A stretch of DNA of 64,000 nucleotides from Sporopachydermia quercuum (Eukaryota). The position numbers were made by a program, and so were the translations under genes. The notes beneath the pieces were generated by a model, which had not been told where the DNA came from, did not search any database, and saw nothing but the letters and a program-made list of their open reading frames with translations. Location: NCBI GenBank assembly GCA_001599295.1, contig BCGN01000006.1, positions 248,001-312,000 on the forward strand, written 5' to 3'. Shown here in pieces: positions 45,302 to 57,102 of this stretch (positions within the stretch are counted from its first letter, which is position 1; each line of letters starts with the position of its first letter).

Positions 45302-46607
45302 GATGGAGTATCTGATAGGGTGATTGATGAGGCGATATGCTAATTGATTTGGTATCAGAATTTGAAGAAATATGCACCAAACGCAAAACTTATAGTAATT
45401 GTCTGATACTTATTAAAATATGTTCTTGGTTGTAAATTCCACTCCAGATTTTGTAGTAATCGATAGACTACTTGCTCAGCTTGTAGGAAAGCTAGCTCAA
45501 TCGCTTTTCCCAGCTTCTATAATGTAAGAAGTTCACGATAAGCAATAAATTTTTACGTCCAAAATTCTTCTCTATTTCATATAGTAACAAACAGGTGTTC
45601 CCCCCAATAATATATTAATTAGCTCTTCTAGTTATTCACCACTGCAAAACTCAGCAATCACTTTAGTATCAATGATTAGGATTCAACCATTCGTTAGCAT
45701 TGTTACCCATAGGTCAATTGCTAGAACGAGATAAATTGTCATAACATCAATATCCTTATCAACACTAAATTTGACTTTTGAATTGAGAGTTTTCTCTTCA
45801 GGAACCAATAAACATCTGCTAAATATTCCGTAATATATTATTGTAATAACTATGACTGTAACGCTTAGCAGATTATCGAAGGTAAAGCAAAAGCAAAACA
45901 AGAAGAAAAAAAAAAGGGAAGAGAGCAGTTTACGTAAGAAAATATCAAGTTATCACGCGGCAGTTTCGTGATTGTGGAAGAAAGTGAAAAATTGATCTAT
46001 ATGTTTGTTCGTGTTTTCTTTTCATTAGTAGTTGAGAAATTGATACTATTATTATTGAAATTATCCTGCTATGTTTAAGAATATATTTTACTTTTCATTA
46101 TTAGTACTTTTTACTGATTTGTTCTAACGTATAACGTAACATAATCAAATCTGAAGAGTTGAATAGGTAATTGCAAGAGATTGTATTTGAATGCTGAGAT
46201 TAAATATCAAACCATATGACCTCTATTACAATAANTACTATATATTGATCATAGGAATAGAACGGATTTGTATATTATTTAACGTATGAGAATAATATTA
46301 GTTGATACTTAAAGCTGAAAAGCGCACTATTTTTGGCTTTCTAAAGCAGAACATTAGCACTGTTGAATATAGTCAAAGCGAGGAGCTTCTCATTGTTGGA
46401 TTCATTAAACATGACGATCAGTAACATGTCAATAAGAATACTCTACTCTCATAGAACTAAGAACACAAGAAATCACCTATGTTACAACATTTCCAGTAAA
46501 TATTAGACGAAAGAAACTTTTTTAATTATATAGACCCATATTATCGCATAGGAAAACATCGTATCTCACTTATCATCCGCCATCATCATATCGTCTATAA
46601 CACCAAC

Positions 46608-47749
46608 CTAATCAAAGGTAACATCTTCAGGCTTATAGTTATCTAAGACAATTCTATACATAAAATCAGGAGAATAACCACCAATATTTGTGATATAAAT
46701 ATCAATGAACTCGGGAGGAATATAATCATAAACAGGATTGATCACTTCAACATTTTCAACGATTTCATGGTCTTCAAATGGTACTACTGAACCAGAGTTA
46801 CCGATCTCAATCAAGCTCTCAGCATCAAACGGATGCGTTGGTGATAATTTATATAATCCGCTAACGACGAAAACAGGTGTTTTATGTTCTTTAGCACTCT
46901 GACAGACAGTTGCAACTCCCGATGATGAAACGCATCCACCGTTAGCAAAGACAGCTCGTGTGCCCATTATCACTTTACCAACTCTACTCATAACTGCATA
47001 GATCGTGGTATCAGGAATGATAACGGTCTCAATTCCTGCCTTTGCAAGTTTCTTGGCAAATTCGTGCGCTTCCTTGGTCTCATTAGGAAACGATTCAGTA
47101 ATAATCACTGTAAACTTTCTCTTTTGATAAGCCTTTAGTAAGAACTTAACAACAGTTTTACTTCCAGGAGTTGGACAGAGTAACAATTCATTGTCATGAA
47201 TTAGTTCAATTGCAATTCCTGCAATCCCTTCGTCTATATTCCCTATTTCATCAATCAAATCTTGGATTCCTTCTATTATACTTGGACGTAGATCCTTTGT
47301 TGGTTTCTGAGTGTGTTTTTCATGATTTTCTGTCGATGATAATAAATTGAACATTGAGGAAATGAGCGCTGAGTCGTCTTGGTGTTTCTCACCTTCCATC
47401 TCATCCCTAATAATGGCTAGGACTCTTTTAACAATATTCCCACAGGCAAACTCTCTTGGTTGAGCCATTTGAAGTCGTTTTCCAAGGACTCTGATTTGAG
47501 ATACTAGCTGATCTATATGATTCCATCTTGCTGCTGATACTACTCTCAGCAGTAATTGGGCAGTAGCTAATGCCACAGGATAAGACCCTGATATTTGACG
47601 ACGTTTTAACTCGCTGAAAATGTTCGTTAGTAAACCAGAATTCATCAAATCAGAANAAACTAAGAAGTAATTATAACAAAATTCACATACGAAATGAATG
47701 TGTCGATTTGAATGTTGATATCTTTTTCTTTATTATGAGCCAAAGACAT
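46608..47749 (-). CDS. GCD7: eIF2B beta subunit; exon 1 47749-47691, intron 47690-47614
   Basis: Spliced MSLAHNKEKDINIQIDTFIS|ELKRRQISGSYPVALATA, AQPREFACGN, MSRVGKVIMG, LYKLSP. The intron reads GTATGT...TACTAAC GAACATTTT CAG. Confidence 0.95.
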
Positions 47750-48907
47750 CTTGATTAGTTGAGGTATGTGTCGCAGTTGGTCTGCAGCAACGGTTGCTAA
47801 CAATTCAGGTACGGGTATATAACTTGTGCCAATTTATATTTATAAGAATTGTGGGCCAAAATAAACAGACGAAACCAGATGTAACCGCGAAGATTTTCAG
47901 TGATGGCAACAAACTAATACTGATTGAATGAAGATAATGACTAACAGTCCTATTAGTCCTTAAGAATTTATGAACTTGCAGCAAGAACTAGTGCACAAGA
48001 ACCAGCTACTAAATGTGAAAGTTATATTTAAGTAATGAAAAAAATGCTGAGCAAGATCACCTATTGCTTCAATAATATCGTCAACAAAAAGAATAATGAT
48101 TATTCCTCACTGTTTATTGATCATTCTCAACTGGTTGTTGGTAAGTAAATTAGTAAAATGTTTCACCGTTAGTTTTCACATTGGGTCTTGAACTTTTTCT
48201 TCACAGAATGTACATGTGTTTTNAGAAATACTGCATGAATCGACATAGAGGTACAGGTAATGTGCTGGTAACTTACAGAGGGAGCTTATTTATAATGGCC
48301 AATTGGATGAAAATGACGTTCAGAAATTAAATTCTTTGATTAAATTGTTTCTAGCTACTGATTGGAATAGGGGCTTTCAATCGGAATTTTCCTCTTATTC
48401 TTGAAAAAGTACTTCATAACTGGATAACCTCTAAGATTGATCAATGCTGCTGTACAATTATGTAACAATAGTTACGAATGGAAACTCTAATTGGAAAACT
48501 GTTATTGGAAACGTTTACAGTCGTTTGAAAAACCAAGTTCCACCAATTGTTTATAAGAATATTCATTTCTTACATTAAGTACTCCAAGAGTCCTATTCTG
48601 CTGCATTTATTCTACCGTTCGAATATTTCTCTTAACTGAGCGATTATAATGCCAGATGTAAAACTGAGAAATTATACTAATTTCCCTTTCTCAAAATCTA
48701 ATGCATAATTAAGCATATAAAGACAAACCTAAGTATCTCAAACCGAAGCAATTGATTACTGAAGTGCGTTAATATTCTCACTCTATCTAACGTAATCGGT
48801 GGAAATTTGAAAGATAAAGCTGTTCGATATCCTACTTTTCCTCAGAGCTAGCTAGTTTCTTTCAGCTCCTATATACAGGTGTTCTACACGTTCTCTTCTT
48901 TCTTTCT

Positions 48908-49762
48908 TTAAAAGTCATCATTATCATCGAAGTAAGAAGCAAAGGATGGTTGTTTTGATGTCAACTCGCTTTTTACCTTTTCTTTTCCTTTATCGGCCTT
49001 CTCGCCTTGTTTAACACTACCATCTAATAAACTATTTGCACTTGTATTATCAGTATCAGCATCACTTGCTTCTTCATCTTCCCTTTCAGTATCTTCATTT
49101 TCAGTAATATCTTCATCGTCTTCCATTACATAATCAACAGATGTTTTGATTGCTTCAATATCTTCCTCACATTGTTCAAGGAACTTCTCGTCATCAAACC
49201 TAACAGTAACACCATTGCTACTACCCTCATCNCTTTCTAGTCTTGTTTGGCCTTTCTGGATTATTGCCCTCAGCTTAGCTTTCTTGTTTTCCAGATCACT
49301 ACTTGATTTCTCCGACGTTCTGTCTAAAAATTCAATCAATTCATTAGCCTGTCTGATAGATCTCAATCTTCGCCCATCAAGGTTCCGTAGACTATCATTA
49401 TCTCTTTCAGTCCTATGCTCCCTTTTCTTCCGAGACATTCTTCCGCCTTGAGCTCTCAACATTGACCCAAACCCACCTTTTCCACCTCTTATCCTTACAT
49501 TCAGCATCAAATCTATAGATTGATAATCTGCACAAAGATCTGTCCTTAGTGAGAACAAACTCTTCATGTTCTTTTCGCTTATGCCTGGCAATTCCAGGCT
49601 TCCGCCACAACGCGTTGAAATGTAAGTATCATTATTACCGATTTCTGCAGGTAATTCTTGCCTTATTCTTTCTGTTAAATGTTTGATTGTCGTATCTGCA
49701 CCCGCCCTCATANTAATAGGATCAAGTCCTGGAGGAGTATTCACATGAATAGCGATGAGCAT
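48908..49762 (-). CDS. SDE2: Ubiquitin-fold-activated splicing factor Sde2
   Basis: N-terminal Ubl-like region ending RIRGG|KGGFGSMLRAQGGRMSRKK, then SLRNLDGRRLRSIRQA and an acidic tail. Confidence 0.92.
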   Translation of the reverse strand: MLIAIHVNTPPGLDPIXMRAGADTTIKHLTERIRQELPAEIGNNDTYISTRCGGSLELPGISEKNMKSLFSLRTDLCADYQSIDLMLNVRIRGGKGGFGSMLRAQGGRMSRKKREHRTERDNDSLRNLDGRRLRSIRQANELIEFLDRTSEKSSSDLENKKAKLRAIIQKGQTRLEXDEGSSNGVTVRFDDEKFLEQCEEDIEAIKTSVDYVMEDDEDITENEDTEREDEEASDADTDNTSANSLLDGSVKQGEKADKGKEKVKSELTSKQPSFASYFDDNDDF

Positions 49763-50634
49763 GTTGAGGATCGGAGATTTCGTTTCTTTCCGTTTCTTTC
49801 GTTTCGTACTTAGTAATCAGAAAATACTACTCCTACTATATGTATAGTAAGCCTACTGTTCTTTATTATCCAAGAAGACAAACAACTAACTAAGGAAAAG
49901 ATAATACAGTGAGCAACTACCATTAAGAAATAGAACTTTCAGAAGAGAAGCCAACTTTCAAGTATAATGTCAGATGATTTATGATTACACAATCTCAAAA
50001 CATAACTTTTACTTTAAAGTTTGAAGAATGTCTTCACCAATCAGGTTTTTGTCATAATGGATGTCATGACACGATAGAATCAAGAAATATAAGAAGTATG
50101 TGGAAAACTCATCATATCCGGACGACGCTATCGTCCGATGCAGATTGTCAAGACAATGATAGAAAGCAACGCTTTCTATTATATTCACTTTATCAATCAG
50201 AAAATAATTATAAAGAAGCTATTTATATTTACTGGTGCAATAGTTTGGCAAGAATTAGAGCCTAAAATATTGGGTTTACTTTACAAACAATATTGCACTC
50301 TCTCCCAACAATAGTAGTTCAATTACTTCCAATCTCTCTACAGCCCCCCGACATATAGCGCAATATCTTAACAGGACAGGACATCCAAACACTCACCAAG
50401 CAAAACTTCCACTTCCTTACCGGACTTTTTTTCACTGTCCGAGTTGATTTCAACCATTTTCATTACTCTTGCAAAAAATCCTCCCACTTCTTTTTCTAAC
50501 TTATCGCAAACCAATATAATTCACTATCTACAAACGCACAGATTAGCAGTTCTGGTAGTCTTTCCATCAAATTATACCAAAAATCTAACTAGAGGTGACT
50601 CAGTTGATTATTGTATATAGCAGATTCCGACAAA

Positions 50635-51945
50635 ATGTTTACCACAACTGTGCGATCAGCTCTTCGCCTTGTCGGCAAGAGAGTTACACCAGTTTTCAGC
50701 GTTGAAAGCTTGAACTCAGTAAAAGTTTCTACTATTGTTAGAAATTACGCTGCTGCTTTTGATAGAAGCAAGCCTCACGTCAATATTGGTACTATTGGTC
50801 ACGTCGATCACGGTAAGACCACATTGACCGCTGCTATCACCAAGTGCTTAGCTGAGAAGGGTGGTGCCAACTTTTTGGACTACGCCGCTATTGATAAAGC
50901 TCCAGAAGAAAGAGCTAGAGGTATCACTATTTCTACTGCTCATGTTGAGTATGAAACCGATAAGAGACACTATGCTCACGTTGATTGTCCTGGTCATGCT
51001 GATTACATCAAGAATATGATTACTGGTGCCGCTCAAATGGACGGTGCTATTATTGTTGTTGCTGCCACTGATGGTCAAATGCCTCAAACCAGAGAACATT
51101 TGTTACTTGCTAGACAAGTTGGTGTTGAACATTTAGTTGTCTTCGTTAACAAGGTTGATACTATTGATGATCCTGAAATGTTGGAATTAGTTGAAATGGA
51201 AATGAGAGATCTCTTAACCACTTACGGCTTCGATGGTGAAAATACTCCGGTTGTAATGGGTTCTGCTTTATGCGCTCTAGAAGGAAGAAATAAGGAAATT
51301 GGTGAAGACAAGATCTTTGAACTTTTGGACGCTGTTGATGAATATATTCCAACGCCTGAAAGAGATTTAGAAAAGACTTTCTTGATGCCTGTTGAAGATA
51401 TCTTCTCTATTCCTGGTCGTGGAACTGTTGTTACCGGTAGAGTTGAAAGAGGTGCATTGAAGAAAGGTGAAGAAGTTGAAATCGTTGGTATGAATGACAC
51501 TCCTTTGAAGTCCATTGTCACTGGTATTGAAATGTTTAAGAAGGAGTTAGATCAAGCTCAAGCTGGTGATAATGCTGGTATCTTGTTGAGAGGTATCAGA
51601 AGAGATCAAGTTAAGCGTGGTATGGTTCTTGCTAAGCCTGGAACCGTCAAGTCTTACAAGAAGTTCTTGGCTTCTTTATACGTTTTGACCAAGGAAGAAG
51701 GCGGAAGACATTCTCCTTTCTCTTCTGACTACAGACCTCAAATGTTCGTTAGAACTAACAGTGTAACTGTTACCTTGAACTTCCCTGAAGGTGTTGATCC
51801 TTCTACTCAAGTTATGCCTGGTGACAACGTTGAAATGGAATGTACTTTATTACTTCCTACTCCTCTCGAACAAGGTCAAAGATTCAACTTACGTGAAGGT
51901 GGTAAGACCGTTGGTACTGGTTTGATTACCAGAATTTACGAGTAA
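50635..51945 (+). CDS. TUF1: Mitochondrial elongation factor Tu
   Basis: Presequence, then [39 protein letters not shown] and NKVD; strong codon bias. The first ATG is at 50635. Confidence 0.97.
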   Translation: MFTTTVRSALRLVGKRVTPVFSVESLNSVKVSTIVRNYAAAFDRSKPHVNIGTIGHVDHGKTTLTAAITKCLAEKGGANFLDYAAIDKAPEERARGITISTAHVEYETDKRHYAHVDCPGHADYIKNMITGAAQMDGAIIVVAATDGQMPQTREHLLLARQVGVEHLVVFVNKVDTIDDPEMLELVEMEMRDLLTTYGFDGENTPVVMGSALCALEGRNKEIGEDKIFELLDAVDEYIPTPERDLEKTFLMPVEDIFSIPGRGTVVTGRVERGALKKGEEVEIVGMNDTPLKSIVTGIEMFKKELDQAQAGDNAGILLRGIRRDQVKRGMVLAKPGTVKSYKKFLASLYVLTKEEGGRHSPFSSDYRPQMFVRTNSVTVTLNFPEGVDPSTQVMPGDNVEMECTLLLPTPLEQGQRFNLREGGKTVGTGLITRIYE

Positions 51946-53297
51946 ACGCGCTTCTATTGATTTGGCAAAAGATATTGGACTTATCAGTGATTATGTTGAA
52001 ACTAGTGGCACGAATTTATCATTCGGTCTGCTTGAACACATAATTGTATTTTCATTATTGCTTTGCCGATCGTAGAAAACGTTTACTTGTTTATCTATTT
52101 ATGTAAATATTGCCTTTTATTTTGTTTTCTAGTGTTTTTCTATCTTTATACAGTTCATTCGTTATAGCGGAATAATTATATATTGATAGTATGCATCTTT
52201 AGCCATAATATCGATCAACTTTGTAGTACTAATAATTTTTCTGCTGCAGTTGAAAGATCGAACTGCAAATATCTGTATTACTATCTGTCAAGATTATTTA
52301 TGAATAGTACGTGTAAAATGCCGGTAGATCTCCCTCTGAATAGAAACAACAATTGGATAGCATGAATTGGCGTTTACTCTCAGCGGTATTTCATTAAGCA
52401 CTTGAGAAGCAACTTATATTCATGCAAGAACTCGTAAACATCAACCTTAAAAGTTATTCTGATTACTAAGCATTTATTACATCTACATTTATTGAATATC
52501 CCAGTTACATTGCAGAAGAGCTTTAAATGCTCTTTGGAAAGCTTCCCAAAACTTAGCTATAAACTAGCTAGTACTTGCAATATTTGTTATAATCAAATAT
52601 CCATTGTATGCTCTTCTCTTTTACTCCTATTAGCTAATCGCGTCGGCAGGAATTAAGGTTAGTTATCTGACATATAACTCTAACTTCTCTGCCTGTTATC
52701 ATCTTCTTTTCTTTATTTTATAGCGTTCTGTTCCCAGACTCTTCAATACTTGAATGATATCAGAAAACATTTAAACAAGTGAAACTCTCCAAGAATAATT
52801 CTATTACTAGCTCACAGCAAACCAATGTATCTGATTATTTGTTAATCATACTTATTCCAATCCTGACAGTTTCCTTTAACTCCGCTAAAGCACAAACTCT
52901 AATCCATTTAAACATTAGTAGTGCGTCAGCTACTCTAAACGTTATCAACCATTCTATTACTAATTTATATTTCTGGTACCACAGCATCATGTATATTATT
53001 AATAAACAAACAAACACACAAATTTTGTTCAAATCACTAGAAATATCTAGACGAGAGTATCTGGAAATNCCAGCATTTAGTGTAGCATAATAGGCACACC
53101 TATTGGCAGCTTTCCTACTACCACTCACTCATTTAGTAGATAGCAAATATTGCCTTGCAATCAATCGTCGATAGGTGAACGAAAGAAGATCAGGTAGAAT
53201 ATAAAGGATTCGTTCAGGGCAAAGGGTAAAGATAATTTGTCTATTACCTATTTTGTCTATTAAACTCCTATGACTATTATAACATTTTTGTATAATA

Positions 53298-55178
53298 ATG
53301 GAGAAACAAATACTAATTGATAGGAATATAGTAGAGCATCGTAAACAATCTGTGGCCAATTCTGGTTCCACCAGAAAATGGTTCAGTAGGTTGAGCTCTA
53401 GAAGAGCTATTATAACGATTGCACTACTTATTCAATTATTGATAGTGCTGGCGACAGGATATTTTCACAATAATCATTTCAAATTACCAGATGTCAGCAA
53501 AATACTAAGTAGAACTGTTATTTTGAATGGAGCTCCGTCTATCAATCCAGACTCTCAACATATGACTATTGGTTCACGTGCTATGGTTGCTTCGGATGTT
53601 CCACAATGCTCGAAAATGGGGTCTGAGATCATTGCCAAAGGCGGTTCTGCTGCAGATGCTGCTGTCACTGTTGCTTTATGTATAGGATCCATCAACTCAT
53701 TTTCATCCGGTATAGGGGGAGGTGGGTTTTTGCTTGTTCGGGATTCTAATGGCACTGCATTATCAATAGATGCAAGGGAAATCGCTCCAGAATTAGCCCA
53801 TAAGCATATGTTTGATATTAATCCGCATCTTGCACAGTATGGTGGATTAGCTGTTGCTGTCCCAGGGGAACTTATGGGTTTGTATGAAACCTATCAAAGG
53901 TTCACCAGTAGCGTTCTCAGCTGGAAGGAACTTGTTGATCCAGTAGTGAAACTGAACCACGAAGGTTTTATTGCTAATGATATTTTAGAAGTAGTTGTGA
54001 ATGTCTCAAAAAGTTATCTTGAAGATAACTATGAACACTGGAAGTTTCTTTATATAAATAGAACCAAACAAAAAGGATTAATTAAAAAGGGAGATTTGAT
54101 TAGAAGGACTGAATTTGCAAAAACACTTCAAATAATTGCAGAAGATCCCCTTTCGTTTTATAATCCTGAAGGACCTTTGGTAAACTCTATGGTAAAAGCT
54201 GTTCAACAACAAGGAGGAATCCTCCAAGCATCTGATTTCTCTCGTTATAAAGCCGTTATTAATGAACCACTAAGAACAGAGTTTCAAGGCTTGGAAGTAC
54301 TGACTTGTAATGGCACATGTAGTGGGCCAGCTATGATTCTTGGGTTGAATGTAATGGAAGGGTTTGGAGATAGCGAAAGAACAGATTTTGGAACAAGAGA
54401 AATGCAAAGATTAATAGAAACAATGAAATGGATGTCAGCAGCAAGAACTGAACTAGGAGATCCATCGGATGTTTCAAATGAGGAAAAAGTTATTGAATTA
54501 ATGTCAAAAGAATATGCTGATAGTGTTCGTATGAATATTAGTGATGAACATACATATGGATGGAAATACTATCATCCTTCCTATGATAACAATAATCCTC
54601 ACGGTACAGCTCATTTCTCTATAGTTGATGATAAAGGAATGGCAGTTTCAATGACTACTACTGTCAATTTACTGTTTGGATCGTTAATTCATGATATTAA
54701 TACGGGGATTATTATGAACAATGAAATGGATGATTTCTCTATTCCGAACACTTCCAATGCTTTTGAACTGCGTCCTTCTATCTATAACTATATTAAACCT
54801 TTTAAAAGGCCTTTGTCGTCTTCAGTTCCAGTGATTGTTTCTAATTTATCAACATCGCAGCCCGATCTAGTTATTGGTGCCGCTGGCGGGTCTCGGATCT
54901 TAACATCGGTATTTCAAGCTATTGTTAGAACATACTTGTATAATATGTCATTATTGGATACTATAGCTTTTCCTAGAGTTCACCATCAACTAATCCCCGA
55001 ATGTGCTTCTTTTGAGGAATTTGTTCCTGAAAAATTGTTAGATGCAATGAGAAAGAAAGGTCATGATGTGGAAGTTTCTATTCCAAAGACGGCAATGAAT
55101 GGTATTCGTAGAGTTGATGGTTTCTTACAAGGGGTGAGCGATTTTTGGAGAAAGCGTGGTGAAGCTTATGGATTTTAA
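53298..55178 (+). CDS. ECM38: Gamma-glutamyltranspeptidase (type II membrane)
   Basis: N-terminal transmembrane segment, GGSAADAAV, SSGIGGGGF, the autocleavage site HG|TAHFS, NNEMDDFS, KRPLSS and GAAGGSRI. Confidence 0.95.
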   Translation: MEKQILIDRNIVEHRKQSVANSGSTRKWFSRLSSRRAIITIALLIQLLIVLATGYFHNNHFKLPDVSKILSRTVILNGAPSINPDSQHMTIGSRAMVASDVPQCSKMGSEIIAKGGSAADAAVTVALCIGSINSFSSGIGGGGFLLVRDSNGTALSIDAREIAPELAHKHMFDINPHLAQYGGLAVAVPGELMGLYETYQRFTSSVLSWKELVDPVVKLNHEGFIANDILEVVVNVSKSYLEDNYEHWKFLYINRTKQKGLIKKGDLIRRTEFAKTLQIIAEDPLSFYNPEGPLVNSMVKAVQQQGGILQASDFSRYKAVINEPLRTEFQGLEVLTCNGTCSGPAMILGLNVMEGFGDSERTDFGTREMQRLIETMKWMSAARTELGDPSDVSNEEKVIELMSKEYADSVRMNISDEHTYGWKYYHPSYDNNNPHGTAHFSIVDDKGMAVSMTTTVNLLFGSLIHDINTGIIMNNEMDDFSIPNTSNAFELRPSIYNYIKPFKRPLSSSVPVIVSNLSTSQPDLVIGAAGGSRILTSVFQAIVRTYLYNMSLLDTIAFPRVHHQLIPECASFEEFVPEKLLDAMRKKGHDVEVSIPKTAMNGIRRVDGFLQGVSDFWRKRGEAYGF

Positions 55179-57102
55179 TGTGGAGTGTAGATAATTTAAT
55201 ATTCTTAGAACGGTAAAGGCAGAACGAAAATGAGATACTCGAGAGAGGTTAATAGCGATATAATAATAGGAACTGATGTTTCCTTCTTTCGTACCTGATG
55301 ACTGTATTCTCACATCGGCAAAAGCGTGTATGACTATTTGTCAATGTTTCTTTCTAGATAACTCTAATATTTCCCTGTTTTATAATGCTAATCTGAAAAC
55401 CATTGATAATAAAAGTATGGGTAGAATATTAATCTAATTATTTATATCATTTTATTGCTTTCATGTAATTTATTATTACATGGAACACATTTCATGAACA
55501 ACTCCGATAGAATTTACTTTTCTGAATGAGAACGATAGGGGGGGGAACCTCTCATATTGGGTATACTGAGGTAGCTGAGGATGGAGATGGAGAAGAGTTA
55601 TAAAGTAAAAGAAGACAATTAAGCACTGCAATGAGTCAGAAAATGTAGACTGNTAAATNTCATTGAGCTTAGGTTCTAATTGAGTCAATGGGCTCGTAGA
55701 AACTATCTTCGTATTCATCAGCTCTATTATCAATATCAAACTTTGGGCATCTACTATAGTTATGCTCTTTCCATTGTCGAGATCAACTTAATTATTGTAA
55801 ATAATGAGCGACATTAATGCGAATTGAGTGCAATGAATAACTGAAATTTGATATTCTTCCAACAAGAAACTCCAGTCAACTTGTTGTTACCCTTTATTTT
55901 GTTCATGCTTCCGCTTTCATGAATAAAAGAATCGAAATTAGGTCTTTCTATGTGCTATAATGCAAGGTCAAGCGACCTGCTTAAACTTCCCATATAGCAA
56001 AGACCACCATCATAACACGCAACATACATCAAATTATAAGGAATATTTCTAATTTAATGAAGATGAAGGAGGTAAGCTAATAGCTAGTAGAAGGCTGAAT
56101 AAACTTGTAAATCGTTTACCAAGTTTTGAACCAGGTATCTATTACTTGCTCCACCCTTCTCGTAAAATACCTTCTTTCAATTATTATTAACCAGCTTTAT
56201 AGTTCTATGCTCGTAATGGTAAACTTTATTTCCAACCAGAACTCCGCCTTCTCCAACTGCCTCATTTGCTAGTATCATTGTAAGCTTTTTCGCTTTAATT
56301 CAACTCTTTTTACAACAAATATTACCCAAGTGTTTCCAAAAATACTGCTATCTTATTTTTAATCGAATAGTCGTTCATTTTCTTCTTTCTTTCTTTCAAA
56401 TCTGACCCAGACTATTCTTCTTCTTTGCCTTTCTCTTCTTTATTACTGGTTTATCGCTTATGCATATGACCTATTTTGGACACTATTCTATTTCTTACGG
56501 TTTATTTATAGGCGAAGATTTAAAGAAATACATTTCACTGAAAAGAGTAAGAAATACAGGATCAAAACTCAAGAAATACCAGTCCGAAGACGTGTGGAAA
56601 GGATATACTGAAACTAGATAATATTTATCCATTGACTGGTAAATTATAACTGTACTGTGGTCTGGGTATATCTAATCCTATATTCTTTGCATTACAATTA
56701 TACCAATAAGTTTAACAATACTACCCTGGGACATTTTTATCAGTATCAAGGAAACCGAAATTTTCTATACTGTCTCCGGTGCCATATGCGTTGCACTGAA
56801 CTATCTGTGTTTGCCTGAATAAGCTTCATTGTTTATCAAAGGGATATGCCTTACTGATATTAACTGGGTTAACGTCTTATTCTCGGTATAGGTTATTCCG
56901 TTGGACATTATTTTTGTTTGTGGATCAATAAAAAATCACAAACTGCACGCGTCTAATTGTGTTTACAAAAAGCAGAAGCGCTTAATAACCAGTGAAAACA
57001 TACAACTTAGTATTGTATCACTTTAATTTACGTGTTCCTTCTTCTTCTATCACTAAAAAAGAATTTTGATATATTCAATAGGAATTCGAATGAATCATCA
57101 CA

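Noticed and set aside
39329..51945. GUF1 and TUF1 as a functional mitochondrial translation cluster; likewise SMD2/SDE2/DHX35-like as a splicing cluster
   Set aside because: They are separated by unrelated housekeeping genes; proximity is compatible with chance unless synteny shows otherwise.
56085..56280. Short minus-strand frame with one internal stop upstream of MSB1
   Set aside because: No similarity recognisable by eye; it could be chance, and a TBLASTX search would be needed.
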